From contig OY843592.1 of assembly GCA_963692865.2 (NCBI GenBank), positions 3,456,001 to 3,520,000 of the forward strand: a stretch of 64,000 nt of DNA, written 5' to 3'. The notes under the pieces were generated by a model, which saw only the letters and a program-made list of their open reading frames with translations, made no database searches and was not told the DNA's origin. This DNA comes from a bacterium. GTDB taxonomy: Bacteria > UBA8248. The position numbers and the translations under genes were made by a program. Positions within the stretch are counted from its first letter, which is position 1. Each line of letters starts with the position of its first letter. Below are positions 48,317 to 58,196 of this stretch, piece after piece.

Positions 48317-49540
48317 CTACCCCTCGGGCGGAGCGCTCCAGGACACGATGTTCTTCTCTCTCAATTCCTCGAGTTCGTCAGAACCCATGCCGAGCAGGTC
48401 GCCCAGAACTTCTCTGGTGTGTTCTCCCAGATAAGGCGCTCTCACGTACTTCATATCCGCGCCCGGCAGCCTGATGGGCGCCCCCAGGACCTTCATCTTC
48501 CCGGCTTCGGGGTGCTCCATCTCGACAATCATGTCCCGCGCCAGAATCTGGGGGTCTTCCATCGCCTGCGCCACGGTGTTCACCGGCGCGAAGGGAACAT
48601 GGCCCTGGAGCAGGTCTGTCCACTCCGCGTTCGTCTTTTCCTGGAACGACTTTTCTAAGATATCCAGCAGAACTTCCCGGTTCTCGAAACGGTCCTGGGC
48701 CAGCTTGAAGCGCGGGTCCCCGGCGAGCGCCGGCAAGCCCATGCGCTCGACGAGAACCGGGAAGAAGCTCTGCTTGAGGCAAAGCACGCTTATCCAGCCG
48801 TCCTTGGTCTCGAAATTCTGCGCGGGCACCATCGAGGGGTGCGCGCTTCGGGAGAATTTTTGCGGCGCGTAGCCGCAGTTGAGCGCCCAAGTGGCCATGT
48901 AGGCAAGCTGCACCAGGGCGCCGTCCATGAGCGCCACGTCGACGTCCCTGCCCTTGCCCGTGCGGTTCGCCTCCCACAGCGCGGCCAGCAGGCCCACGAG
49001 CGATATGAAGCCGCCCGAGAAATCGACGAAGCTCACGCCGGCCTTGGTCGGGGGGCCGTCGGGCTCTCCCGTCAGGTCCATGATGCCCGCATAGGCCTGC
49101 ATGAGGTAGTCATAGGCCGGTTCGGGCGCTCTGGGGCCCGTCATCCCGTAGCCGGAGAGAAAACAGCATACGATTTTTTCATTGTAGGGACTCAAGTGCT
49201 TGTAGGTGAGCTCGAGCTTCTCGGGCGCATCGCCCCGGCAATTCGCATAGAGCGCATCCGCTTTCGGCACGAGCCTGCGCAGTATCGCCTTGCCCTCGGG
49301 CGTGCGAATCCTGAGCGCGACGCTCTTCTTGTTGCGGTTGAAGGACTGGAAATAGTAGCTGTCGTTATGGGGAAGGGCATACGGGGGTACGGGCCGCGCG
49401 GAATCGCCGCCCACGGCGTGATCCTCTATCTTGATGACCTCGGCCCCCATATCACCCAACAGTTGCGATGCCAGCGGCCCGGCGCCGAACTGCTCCACCG
49501 CCAGGATTCGAAGCCCCTCCAGCGGCAATCGACCATTCAT
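48317..49540 (-). CDS. CaiB/BaiF family III CoA-transferase
   Basis: 'PLEGLRIL...AGP...LGDMGAEVIKIE', 'NRNKKSV', 'AYDYLMQA', 'APYLGEHT'. Confidence 0.92.
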   Translation of the reverse strand: MNGRLPLEGLRILAVEQFGAGPLASQLLGDMGAEVIKIEDHAVGGDSARPVPPYALPHNDSYYFQSFNRNKKSVALRIRTPEGKAILRRLVPKADALYANCRGDAPEKLELTYKHLSPYNEKIVCCFLSGYGMTGPRAPEPAYDYLMQAYAGIMDLTGEPDGPPTKAGVSFVDFSGGFISLVGLLAALWEANRTGKGRDVDVALMDGALVQLAYMATWALNCGYAPQKFSRSAHPSMVPAQNFETKDGWISVLCLKQSFFPVLVERMGLPALAGDPRFKLAQDRFENREVLLDILEKSFQEKTNAEWTDLLQGHVPFAPVNTVAQAMEDPQILARDMIVEMEHPEAGKMKVLGAPIRLPGADMKYVRAPYLGEHTREVLGDLLGMGSDELEELREKNIVSWSAPPEG

Positions 49541-49825
49541 CAAAAAATCCTCTCCAGAATCCCGTCCGGAGATTCAACTCACCAGACGGGAAAAATTCAT
49601 TTCGTGAGGCCTGGGATTCCTCCAAATCTCAAGCAATATCAACGCTTTTTAGCTGTGATTCACTCATCCGCAAAAATGAGCGCACATGAGATTATTACAA
49701 AACGTCGTGAAAGTATATTTGCGGTTTCTCTCTCGTCGCGTATTTGCTAGAATCATCTTGCTTTAACTCGATTTCAATTCACCCGAAAGGCTAAGTCTTT
49801 CATCATTTTGGGAATACATCTATTT

Positions 49826-50572
49826 ATGGTCACAAAAATATCGATTCAAAACCTGAGAAAAATCTATGACACGCCCGAAAGGCGGGTGCATGCCTTGGAA
49901 GGCGTGAACCTCAACATCGAGGACGGCGAGTTCATCTGCCTCGTGGGACTCTCGGGCTGCGGGAAGACGACGCTGCTCAACATGCTGGCGGGTTTCGTCG
50001 AGATCACCGCGGGCACGATCACCATGGACGGCAGGCCACTCACCCAGGATTACGACAAGGGCGTCGTGTTTCAGGAATACGCCCTCTTCCCGTGGCGCAC
50101 GGCGAGGCAGAACGTGGAATACGGCCTCGAAATCAGAAACTTGCCCGAGGAGGAGCGCAGGCAAATCGCCATGGAGTTCCTGCGTCTCGTCCGCCTCGAG
50201 GAATTTGCGGATTTCTTCCCCCACAACCTCTCTGGCGGAATGCGCCAGCGGGTGGCCGTGGCGAGAGCCATGGCGTTCGACCCGCAAATCCTCTTGATGG
50301 ACGAGCCCTTCGGCGCGCTCGACGCCCAGACGCGCGAGGAGTTGCAGGCACTTACCGTCGACGTATGGCAGAAGACGAAAAAGACGATTCTCTACGTCAC
50401 GCACAATCTGAGTGAAGCCGTCTACCTCGGGAACCGGATCGTCGTTTTCGTTCCGAATCCGGGGAGAATCCGCGAGATCGTGAGAGTCGATCTTCCCAGA
50501 CCCAGGGACGATCTCGCGCCAGAGTTCATCAGACTGCAACGACACGTGAATGATTTGATTCGCGATTTCTAG
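49826..50572 (+). CDS. NitT/TauT-family ABC transporter ATP-binding protein
   Basis: GLSGCGKT, LSGGMRQR, LLMDEPFGALD. Confidence 0.92.
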   Translation: MVTKISIQNLRKIYDTPERRVHALEGVNLNIEDGEFICLVGLSGCGKTTLLNMLAGFVEITAGTITMDGRPLTQDYDKGVVFQEYALFPWRTARQNVEYGLEIRNLPEEERRQIAMEFLRLVRLEEFADFFPHNLSGGMRQRVAVARAMAFDPQILLMDEPFGALDAQTREELQALTVDVWQKTKKTILYVTHNLSEAVYLGNRIVVFVPNPGRIREIVRVDLPRPRDDLAPEFIRLQRHVNDLIRDF

Positions 50573-50585
50573 AGAGGAATAATCC

Positions 50586-51512
50586 ATGCAGACATCCGAA
50601 GCACCGCCTGTTCCTCCATCTTTGGACGAGAAGAAAAAAGAGGTGAGATCGCCCATTTGGGTGAAGCTCAGGCCAATCTACCCGTTCATCGTCATCCTCG
50701 CCATCTGGCAGGTCGCCGCCATGCAGGCCCAGGGCAACCAGGGAAGGCTCTTCCCCACCGTGGACGCCATCATGTTCAGGGCCTGGGAACTCGTGACGGA
50801 CCCCTTGTTCCGCGCGCTGGCCGAGAACCCGAATCTCGACATCATGGGTTATTTCTGGAAACTCCTGGAGAGCCCGATACTGCTGCATACGCTCAACACC
50901 GCGTGGCGCCTCCCGTTCTCGTTCTTCATCGCCGCCATCGTCGGCACCATCGTGGGCATATTGATGGGCCGCTTCGCCTTCTGGGAATCGTTCTTCGTGC
51001 CGCTTCTCTCCGTGCTGCTGCCGATTCCGGCCATCGCGTGGACGCCCATCGTGGTCATCTGGTCGGGCATCGGGGACCAGACGGTCATCGTCATCACGGC
51101 CTTCGCTTCGTTCCTGCCCATCGCCATGGCGGTGTGGACGGGCGTGAAAACCGTGAACCCGGTATGGATACGCGCTGCCCAGTCGATGAACGCGGACAAG
51201 ATGACGATTTTCCGCACGGTCGTCCTGCCCGGCTCGCTGCCGATGATTCTGAGCGGCATGCGCATCGGCCTGGCGCGCGCCTGGCGCGCGGGCGTGGGGG
51301 CGGAGGCGTTCGCCGGCATCCGCTGGGGGCTTTCGGCCGGTATCTTCGACGCGCAGGAATATCTCGACATCGCGTTCATGATGGTCGCGCTCGGCATCCT
51401 CGGCCTCTTCGGCTTCGTGCTCGAGAAGGTGCTTTTCCAGCCCATCGAGAGCCGCACCGTCATCCGCTGGGGCATGATGGAGGCGATGGGCGCGCAGGAC
51501 AAGAAAGTATAA
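50586..51512 (+). CDS. NitT/TauT-family ABC transporter permease
   Basis: Multiple TM segments; 'PIPAIAWTP', 'AAQSMNA...VVLPGSLP'. Confidence 0.9.
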   Translation: MQTSEAPPVPPSLDEKKKEVRSPIWVKLRPIYPFIVILAIWQVAAMQAQGNQGRLFPTVDAIMFRAWELVTDPLFRALAENPNLDIMGYFWKLLESPILLHTLNTAWRLPFSFFIAAIVGTIVGILMGRFAFWESFFVPLLSVLLPIPAIAWTPIVVIWSGIGDQTVIVITAFASFLPIAMAVWTGVKTVNPVWIRAAQSMNADKMTIFRTVVLPGSLPMILSGMRIGLARAWRAGVGAEAFAGIRWGLSAGIFDAQEYLDIAFMMVALGILGLFGFVLEKVLFQPIESRTVIRWGMMEAMGAQDKKV

Positions 51513-51547
51513 TCAGGCAAGCAACGATCATCCCCATTCACCATTCA

Positions 51548-51581
51548 GCCGGGCGCGGCGAGAGCCGCGCCCGGTTTTTTT
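51548..51581 (+). terminator. Intrinsic terminator
   Basis: GCCGGGCGCGGC-GAGA-GCCGCGCCCGGT plus T-tract. Confidence 0.85.
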
Positions 51582-51682
51582 GTCTCGGGGAGATGTCCCC
51601 TGCGTCCCGTGTTGTCTATCCACGGGCGCAGGGAAATAGCTTCCTTGAGGAGGTGGCTGGTTTCAATAAGCAGAGGGGCTCC

Positions 51683-52052
51683 GTAGGGACAGGCCTCCGT
51701 GCCTGTCCTGTATCAGGGTGAATATGATCGACGGGCGGGCACGGTCGTCGTTTTGTTGCTTCGATTGCAGGGGACGCATGTGAGGCTGTTGAAAAACCCC
51801 TCCTCACCGGAATTGGCTGCCACCGTCATTCCGGCGAAAGCCGGAATCCGGAGCAGACGGGGATACCGAATCGCAGGACGACCAAGAAAAACGAGAAAGC
51901 GAAAAGACGAATACAGAAACAAAGTCCCTGGATTCCGGCTTTCGCCGGAATGACGGCGAGGGCAAACCCCTCGGAGAGGAAAAGCGGGTTCATCGGATGG
52001 GCCTGCGCAGGGCGCGATGGTTCTGTAGGGACAGGTCGCGACCTGTCCCTAC
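51683..52052. repeat. Composite repeat region: GTAG-REPs and a 27-bp perfect inverted repeat pair
   Basis: GTAGGGACAGGC..GCCTGTCC (51683); CCGTCATTCCGGCGAAAGCCGGAATCC (51823) and its reverse complement (51930-51956); palindrome GTAGGGACAGGTCGCGACCTGTCCCTAC (52025). Confidence 0.75.
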
Positions 52053-52121
52053 GGTGAACAATTCGATGATTGAGATGCCCTCCTCCTTTGAGGCTTTATC
52101 AACAACCCCGCGTCCAGCCTC

Positions 52122-52162
52122 AAACAAGAAACCCCCGGGGGTGCGAAACTCCCGGGGGCTTT
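52122..52162 (-). terminator. Terminator of first binding-protein gene
   Basis: CCCCCGGG stem with A/T tracts. Confidence 0.6.
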
Positions 52163-52185
52163 GGTGTTGCTTCTTGTCCGTCCGC

Positions 52186-53175
52186 CTAGTTGAAGCCGAT
52201 GTCCTTCGCGGCCCTGCGGAGGATGGAGTCATCGAGGTGCGGACTCTTGGTGAAGTCGGGGTGGCTCTTGATCCAGCCGAGCTGGATCTGCTTGTCCCCC
52301 ATGTCGTTCAGGTATTTCTTCACCTCTTTGCTCAGGAAAACCTCCGTCTTGAGCTTTTTCACGACCTTGAGAGTGGTGCTCTCCTTGGCCTTGTCGCCCA
52401 CTTCCTGCAGCGCCCTGGTGTAGACCTTGGCGTAGGTTCCGGGGTCATTCTTGAGCAACTGGTGCGCCTTCAGCCAACCCCTGAAGTACCTGTAGTAGAG
52501 ATCGGGGTGCTTCTTGATGGTGATGGGATTGCCCACGTGCATCATTCTCGTATTGTCGTATTTGCAGAGATTCTCCAGATAGCGAATCAGGCCCTGCTCG
52601 CGGGCGATTTCACCCTGCGGTTCGCCGACCATGGCCGCCTGGGCGGCGCCGGACACCAGCGCGGCGATGCGCTCGGTGGTGCGGACGCTCAGAAGCGGGA
52701 AGTCCGAGCGTTTCAGGCCATGCGCGGGTACGACGTAGAACTGGAACGCGAAGTCCGTGCTCGTGCCCTTCTTGTTGGCGAACACCGAACCCTTGAGGTC
52801 CTTCAGGCTCTTCGCCTTCGATTTCGCGGGCACGATAATGGCGACCATGCCGCAGATGTTCGCCGTCACCCCGATGGCCGTTATCTTCGCCCCCTTGGAA
52901 ATCGCCGTGGTGAAGGGAGAGAAGCCCGTTGTGCCGGTATCCAGGTTGTTCTGGATGATGGCGTTGCGCATCAGTTTGCCCTGCTTGAAGTGGCTCATCG
53001 TGTACTTCAAGCCCTCTTTCTTCCAGTAGTCCATGCGGTGGGCGACGACCTCGAAAGACCCCATCAGGGCCCGGTGCGCGCCGATGCGCAGCGTCGCCGA
53101 CTCGGCGGGTGTGACCACCACGAACGTACCCACCACGAACGCGGCGGCCAGTGCGAAACCAACTAACCGTTTCAT
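52186..53175 (-). CDS. ABC transporter substrate-binding protein (NMT1/SsuA-like), copy 1
   Basis: Signal peptide; 'SLKDLKG...KKGTSTD', 'GEPQ'; GGAGGAG RBS. Confidence 0.85.
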   Translation of the reverse strand: MKRLVGFALAAAFVVGTFVVVTPAESATLRIGAHRALMGSFEVVAHRMDYWKKEGLKYTMSHFKQGKLMRNAIIQNNLDTGTTGFSPFTTAISKGAKITAIGVTANICGMVAIIVPAKSKAKSLKDLKGSVFANKKGTSTDFAFQFYVVPAHGLKRSDFPLLSVRTTERIAALVSGAAQAAMVGEPQGEIAREQGLIRYLENLCKYDNTRMMHVGNPITIKKHPDLYYRYFRGWLKAHQLLKNDPGTYAKVYTRALQEVGDKAKESTTLKVVKKLKTEVFLSKEVKKYLNDMGDKQIQLGWIKSHPDFTKSPHLDDSILRRAAKDIGFN

Positions 53176-53414
53176 GCTTGCTCCTCCTTCGAGTGAATGA
53201 AGACTGCCATGGATAGACCGAAGCATTTCCGGAAAACACAAGGTTTGCGGCGCAAGGATGTCCCCGACGCCGGAAACTCCTTCTCTATTGGTTCGATGCC
53301 CTCCTCTCAAGGTGTGAAAAGAGAGATTCCGCCCCAAACAAGTTTCTTAACCATGTCAATATTATCTTAATTATACAACATGCGGGGAAAATACAACACG
53401 CAGGGAGATTTCAC

Positions 53415-53449
53415 AAAAAAACCCCCGGGAGCATGGAAACTCCCGGGGG
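53415..53449 (-). terminator. Terminator of second binding-protein gene
   Basis: CCCCCGGGAG..CTCCCGGGGG with a T7 tract on the minus strand. Confidence 0.75.
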
Positions 53450-53475
53450 CTTCGTTTCGCGTAAAGCGTAGTCGT

Positions 53476-54465
53476 CTAGTTGAATCCGATGTCCTTCGCT
53501 GCCTTGCGGAGGATGGAATCATCTATGAACGGACTCTTGGTGAAGTCGGGGCGGCTCTTGATCCAGCCGAGCTTGATCTGCTTGTCGCCCATGTCGTTCA
53601 GGTAGTTCTTCACCCGATCGGTGATGAAAACCTCGGTTTTGAGCTTTTTGATGGCTTTGAGCGTGATGTTCACCTTGGCCTTGTCGCCCACCTCGTTCAA
53701 GGCCTTGGTGTAGACCGTAGCGTACTTTTTGACGTCGTTCTTCAGCAACTGATGCGCCTTCAGCCAGCCCCGGAAATACTTGTAGATGAGATCGGGGTGT
53801 TTTTTGATGGTCTGCGGGTTGCCCACGTGCATCATGCTCGTGTTGTCGTACTTGCAGAGATTCTCCAGATAGCGGATGTAGCCCGCCTCACGGGCGATTT
53901 CGCCCTGCGGCTCGCCGACCATGGCCGCCTTGGCGGCGCCGGAGAGAAGCGCTGCGATGCGCTCGGTGGCGCGGACGCTCAGGAGCGGGAAATCGGAACT
54001 CTTGAGCCCATACGCGGGAACGACATAGGACTGGAACGCGAAATCCGTGCTCGTGCCCTTCTTGTTGGCGAACACCGAGCCCTTGAGATCTTTCAGGCTC
54101 TTGGCCTTCGATTTCGCGGGTACGATGATGTTGATGGCGGCGCAAATGTTCGCCGTAACGCCGATGGCCGTTACCTTGGCGCCCTTGGAGATCGCCGTGG
54201 TGAAGGGCGAGAAGCCCGTGGTGCCGGTATCCAGGTTGTTCTGAATGATGGCGTTGCGCATCAGTTTGCCCTGCTTGAAGTAACCTACCTTGTACTTGAG
54301 CCCTTCCTTCTTCCAATAGTCCATGCGGTCGGCGATGACCTCGAAAGAACCCCACATGGAGCGGTGCGCGCCGATTCGAAGCGTGGCCGACTCGGCCGGT
54401 GCGACCACCACGAACGTACCCACTACGAACGCGGCGGCCAGTATGAAACCAACAAACCTTTTCAT
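53476..54465 (-). CDS. ABC transporter substrate-binding protein, copy 2 (close paralog)
   Basis: Long identical stretches with copy 1; AAGGAGG RBS. Confidence 0.85.
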   Translation of the reverse strand: MKRFVGFILAAAFVVGTFVVVAPAESATLRIGAHRSMWGSFEVIADRMDYWKKEGLKYKVGYFKQGKLMRNAIIQNNLDTGTTGFSPFTTAISKGAKVTAIGVTANICAAINIIVPAKSKAKSLKDLKGSVFANKKGTSTDFAFQSYVVPAYGLKSSDFPLLSVRATERIAALLSGAAKAAMVGEPQGEIAREAGYIRYLENLCKYDNTSMMHVGNPQTIKKHPDLIYKYFRGWLKAHQLLKNDVKKYATVYTKALNEVGDKAKVNITLKAIKKLKTEVFITDRVKNYLNDMGDKQIKLGWIKSRPDFTKSPFIDDSILRKAAKDIGFN

Positions 54466-54774
54466 TCCATTCCTCCTTGAAGTGGATGAAGACTTCCTTG
54501 GACAGCCCAAGGCATTCTGAGAAGACGCAAGGCTCACCAAACGGGACATCTTTTGTGCCCGATCAAGCCATACGCCCATAAACCGAGAAAGATTCGCTTA
54601 GTATGCAGGAAAGCGAAATTTAATTAAAAATAAACTCAAAATACTTGAGGCTACAATACAATAAACCCCGGCTAAAACCAAAACTCGCCGACACCCCGGA
54701 ATCGGGATAGGGAGAGCCGCCCTCTACACCTCCAGACCCATGAGGATCAGTAGATTCCACATGGCGGCAATAAG

Positions 54775-54852
54775 TGGCGGGGCTGACGGGACTCGAACCC
54801 GCGATCTCTGGCTTGACAGGCCAGCGCGATAACCAAACTTCGCTACAGCCCC
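54775..54852 (-). tRNA. tRNA-Asp(GTC)
   Basis: GGGGCTG/CAGCCCC acceptor stem, CTGGC-CTGTCAA-GCCAG anticodon arm, TTCGAGT T-loop, encoded CCA. Confidence 0.95.
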
Positions 54853-54984
54853 CACGGGAAAGATTCCGAAAACCGCCCGGAGAATGTCGGTTTATAGCCC
54901 GCTCTCGGGGCCTAAGTCAACACGAGAAGACGACATCCCGCTTTGAAACGGCAAACTTGACGCCTCCGTACGAGGAGAAGCATT

Positions 54985-56043
54985 TCAACTCAGGATCGAG
55001 CCGAGAGACTCTCCTTCGGCAAGGCGAACCAACCCCCGTTCCGTCACCAGGGCGTCCACGAAGCGCGCGGGCGTCACGTCGAACGCGGGGTTGAACACGC
55101 GCACGTTCTCCGGCGCGACGGGCGCGCCGCCGAAGGAGCGGACCTCCTCCTCCGGGCGCTCCTCGATGGGGATATCCGCGCCGCCTTTCGCCTCCATGTC
55201 GATGGTGCTCGTCGGCGCCGCCACGTAGAAGGGCACCCCGTGCTCCCTGGCGAGCACGGCAAGGCCGTACGTGCCGATCTTGTTGGCGACGTCCCCGTTG
55301 GCCGCCACGCGGTCCGCGCCCACGACGATCGCGTCGATCCTGCCCAGGCTCATGCAGTGCGCGGCCATGTTGTCGGTGATGAGGACGACGGGAATGCCGT
55401 CGCGGCTCAACTCCCAGGCGGTAAGGCGCGCTCCCTGCAGGAAGGGCCTGGTCTCGTCCACGAAAACCTCCCGCACCCGCCCGTCCCGGAAGCCGCTGCG
55501 AATCACGCCGCCCGCCGTGCCGTAGCCCGCCGTCGCCAGCGCGCCCGCGTTGCAATGGGTGAGAACGCTGCTCTCCTCCGGCAGGAGTTCCGCGCCCAGG
55601 TCGCCTATCCGGCGGCAGACCGCCGCGTCCTCCTCGCGCATCGCTTCGGCCAGACGGAGGAGTTCTTCGGCCAACGCGTCGGGCGCGGAGCCGCTCTTGT
55701 CGACGTGCGACATCATTTTTTCAATCGCCCAGAAGAGATTGACCGCCGTGGGGCGCGTGGCGGCCAGCGCCCGGGCCGCCCGCTCGATCGCCTCGCGCTG
55801 CGCATCGGCGCCTGAACCCGCATGGCGGGCGGCGGCCAGGGCGATGCCGTAGCCCGCCGCTATCCCGATGGCGGGCGCGCCGCGCACCACCATGCTCCTG
55901 ATGGCCTCGGCCGTCTCGTCTTCCGTGCGGCATTCGAGATAAACCTCCTCGCGGGGGAGTTTCCGCTGGTCGAGAAGAACGAGCGCGCCGTCCCGATACG
56001 CGATGTTGTGGAAGTTCCCCTCAATCTCTTTATTTCCACCCAT
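54985..56043 (-). CDS. mtnA: S-methyl-5-thioribose-1-phosphate isomerase
   Basis: 'LDQRKLP', 'MVVRGAPAIG', 'RPTAVNLFWA', 'THCNAGALAT', 'ETRPFLQGARLTAWEL', 'NKIGTY'. Confidence 0.95.
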   Translation of the reverse strand: MGGNKEIEGNFHNIAYRDGALVLLDQRKLPREEVYLECRTEDETAEAIRSMVVRGAPAIGIAAGYGIALAAARHAGSGADAQREAIERAARALAATRPTAVNLFWAIEKMMSHVDKSGSAPDALAEELLRLAEAMREEDAAVCRRIGDLGAELLPEESSVLTHCNAGALATAGYGTAGGVIRSGFRDGRVREVFVDETRPFLQGARLTAWELSRDGIPVVLITDNMAAHCMSLGRIDAIVVGADRVAANGDVANKIGTYGLAVLAREHGVPFYVAAPTSTIDMEAKGGADIPIEERPEEEVRSFGGAPVAPENVRVFNPAFDVTPARFVDALVTERGLVRLAEGESLGSILS

Positions 56044-56085
56044 TCGGATTCTCCCACTCACGGCTTCGCGCGGGCGCGCGGCATT

Positions 56086-56379
56086 CTACGCCGAGGCGAT
56101 CAGGATATTCTTCACCTCTTTGATACTCATCCCTAAGATTTTCAGGCGTTTTCTGCGCGCGCCCGCGCCCGAGGCTATTCGTATGGCGCGCTTTGGTATC
56201 TTCATTTTCCGGGAGAGCAAATCGATGCACTGCCTGTTGGCGGCCCCGTCGGCGGGCGGCGCCGTCAGCCGCACCCGCAGGGCGCCATCGAGAACTCCAC
56301 TGATTTCCGCTTTGGATGAGCGCGGCTGGACCCGGACTTCAAAGCTGACGCCGTCCGCCTCCTCCCGGAGGCCGATCAC
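56086..56379 (-). CDS. yggU: DUF167 (YggU) protein
   Basis: 'VRVQPRSS', 'APPADGAAN'. Confidence 0.85.
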   Translation of the reverse strand: MIGLREEADGVSFEVRVQPRSSKAEISGVLDGALRVRLTAPPADGAANRQCIDLLSRKMKIPKRAIRIASGAGARRKRLKILGMSIKEVKNILIASA

Positions 56380-56954
56380 GACGCATCGCCCTCCGCTTTC
56401 TGGTTCAGCTTGATGACGTTTTCGCTTTCCTCGTCTGGTGCGTCTCCGCCTCCCTCCTCCAGGAGGCGGGCGAGGTCGACCCCCATGCGGACGCCTTCGG
56501 TTTCGAGCGTTCGCATCTGGGAGAGGAACGTCTCGTACAGATCCGTGAGAATCTTGTCCCTCCGCTCCGTCAATCTCGCTATTTCCTCGCGCAGCCCTTC
56601 GGTATCTTTTTCGGCTTTCGCCCGAATCCGCTCCGCCTCGGCGCCGGCCTCTTCGATGATCCCTTCGGCGTCGGCCTCCGCCTTCTGCACCAATTCGCCG
56701 GACTTGGCCGCCGCCTGGTCCTTGAGTTCATTCACGGAGATGAGGATTTTCTGCAGATTGGCGTGCTCTTCCCTCAAACCATTGTATTGCTCGAACAGGT
56801 CCTTGCATTGCAGGCTGAGCTGTTCGTTCTTGCGCACCGACTGATCCAGCCAGTCGGCCACCTTGAACAGGAACGCATCGACTTCGAGCCGATCGTAGCC
56901 CCGGATCTTGCTCGAAAAGCTGTGGCTACGAACGTCGTTGCCGGTGAACTTCAT
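56376..56954 (-). CDS. DivIVA-domain protein
   Basis: 'F...IRGYDRLEVDAFL' followed by a coiled coil. Confidence 0.85.
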   Translation of the reverse strand: MKFTGNDVRSHSFSSKIRGYDRLEVDAFLFKVADWLDQSVRKNEQLSLQCKDLFEQYNGLREEHANLQKILISVNELKDQAAAKSGELVQKAEADAEGIIEEAGAEAERIRAKAEKDTEGLREEIARLTERRDKILTDLYETFLSQMRTLETEGVRMGVDLARLLEEGGGDAPDEESENVIKLNQKAEGDAS

Positions 56955-56975
56955 CGCAGGCTCCCAGGGTGAAAA

Positions 56976-57272
56976 TCAACGCAGCATGCTCGCCAGATCA
57001 AAAATACTCTGTACCAGGAAACTTTGCAAAAAGAATATGATCAACAACACCACAATCGGACTCGCATCGATGCCTCCGATGTCCGGCATCCGGTAGCGCA
57101 CGGGCGCCAGCACCGGCTCCGTCAGGCGATACAGTATCTGGACTATCGGGTTGTAGGGGTCGGGGTTCACCCACGACAAAAGCGCGCGGATGATGATGAT
57201 CCAGATGTAGATGGTGAGCAGATAGCTGAGAATCACCCCGATTCCGTGCATGAAATTCGATATCAAGAACAC
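56976..57272 (-). CDS. yggT: YggT-family membrane protein
   Basis: 'RALLSWVNPDPYNPIVQILYRLTEPVL...IDASP'. Confidence 0.92.
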   Translation of the reverse strand: MFLISNFMHGIGVILSYLLTIYIWIIIIRALLSWVNPDPYNPIVQILYRLTEPVLAPVRYRMPDIGGIDASPIVVLLIIFFLQSFLVQSIFDLASMLR

Positions 57273-57296
57273 GGCCGAGCCCCCGTTTGAGAAAAT

Positions 57297-58103
57297 CTAG
57301 CCACGGCCCAACTCCTCGCTCCTGCGCGCGGCGGCGCGCACGGCGTTCATGACGGCGGAGCGCAGCCCTCCGTTTTCCAGCGCGTGCAAACCGGCGATGG
57401 TCGTTCCCCCGGGCGACGCCACCATGTCCTTCAAGCGCCCCGGATGCTCTCCCGTCTCGAGGACCATCCGGGCGGAGCCCAGAACGGTCTGGGCCGCCAG
57501 CAGCATCGCCTCCTCGCGCGGCAGGCCCGCCCGCACCCCGCCGTCCGCCAGCGCCTCGATGAACTGAAAGACGTACGCGGGGCCGCTGCCCGACAAGCCC
57601 GTCACGGCGTCCATCAACGACTCGGGCAGTACCACCGCCTTGCCCACGGACTCCAGGAGCCCCCTCGCCTGCGACAAGTCCGCTTCCAACGCGCCTCCGC
57701 CCGCGCACAGCCCCGCTGCGCCTTCCCCCACGAGGGCGGGCGTGTTCGGCATGACGCGGACGATGCGCGCCTCATCGCCCAGAATCCCCGTGAACCGGTT
57801 CGTCGGCGCGCCCGCGACGACGGAAATCAGGAGCGGGCGGTGCGCCAGGGCGTCCTTCAGGCCATCCAGAACGACGTCCAGCACCTGCGGCTTCACGGCG
57901 AGCACCACCTTGTTCGCCTGGGGAGCCGCCTCCGCCCCGTCGGAGACCACCCGAAATCCCGACGTTCGCCCGAGATATTCGGCGCGCTCGGCCAGGGGTT
58001 CCGCGATGACGACCTCATCGACTTTCGCATAGGCGGAGTTCACCATTCCCATGGCGAGCGCTTCGCCCATGTTGCCGCCGCCGACTACGAGGATTTCCGC
58101 CAT
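57297..58103 (-). CDS. proC: Pyrroline-5-carboxylate reductase
   Basis: GGGNMG, LAVKPQ, RVMPNTP, GLSGSGPAY, SPGGTT. Confidence 0.95.
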   Translation of the reverse strand: MAEILVVGGGNMGEALAMGMVNSAYAKVDEVVIAEPLAERAEYLGRTSGFRVVSDGAEAAPQANKVVLAVKPQVLDVVLDGLKDALAHRPLLISVVAGAPTNRFTGILGDEARIVRVMPNTPALVGEGAAGLCAGGGALEADLSQARGLLESVGKAVVLPESLMDAVTGLSGSGPAYVFQFIEALADGGVRAGLPREEAMLLAAQTVLGSARMVLETGEHPGRLKDMVASPGGTTIAGLHALENGGLRSAVMNAVRAAARRSEELGRG

Positions 58104-58196
58104 CTCAGAAAAACCTTCCGTATATGGGGTCGAAACCGTCCTGAACTCCGGAGCCGGCCCATCCTACTGAAATGACCGGCTTGGTTCAAATTCGCT

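Noticed and set aside
47832-49540. Cupin + CoA-transferase as a DMSP-cleavage (Ddd) module
   Set aside because: Both are large generic families and no diagnostic features were visible
53176-53250. Riboswitch upstream of the binding-protein genes
   Set aside because: No known aptamer consensus recognised; the similarity is explained by gene duplication
54775-54852. tRNA-Asp as the integration site of the element
   Set aside because: No duplicated tRNA 3' end or integrase was noticed, and housekeeping-type genes lie between it and the island
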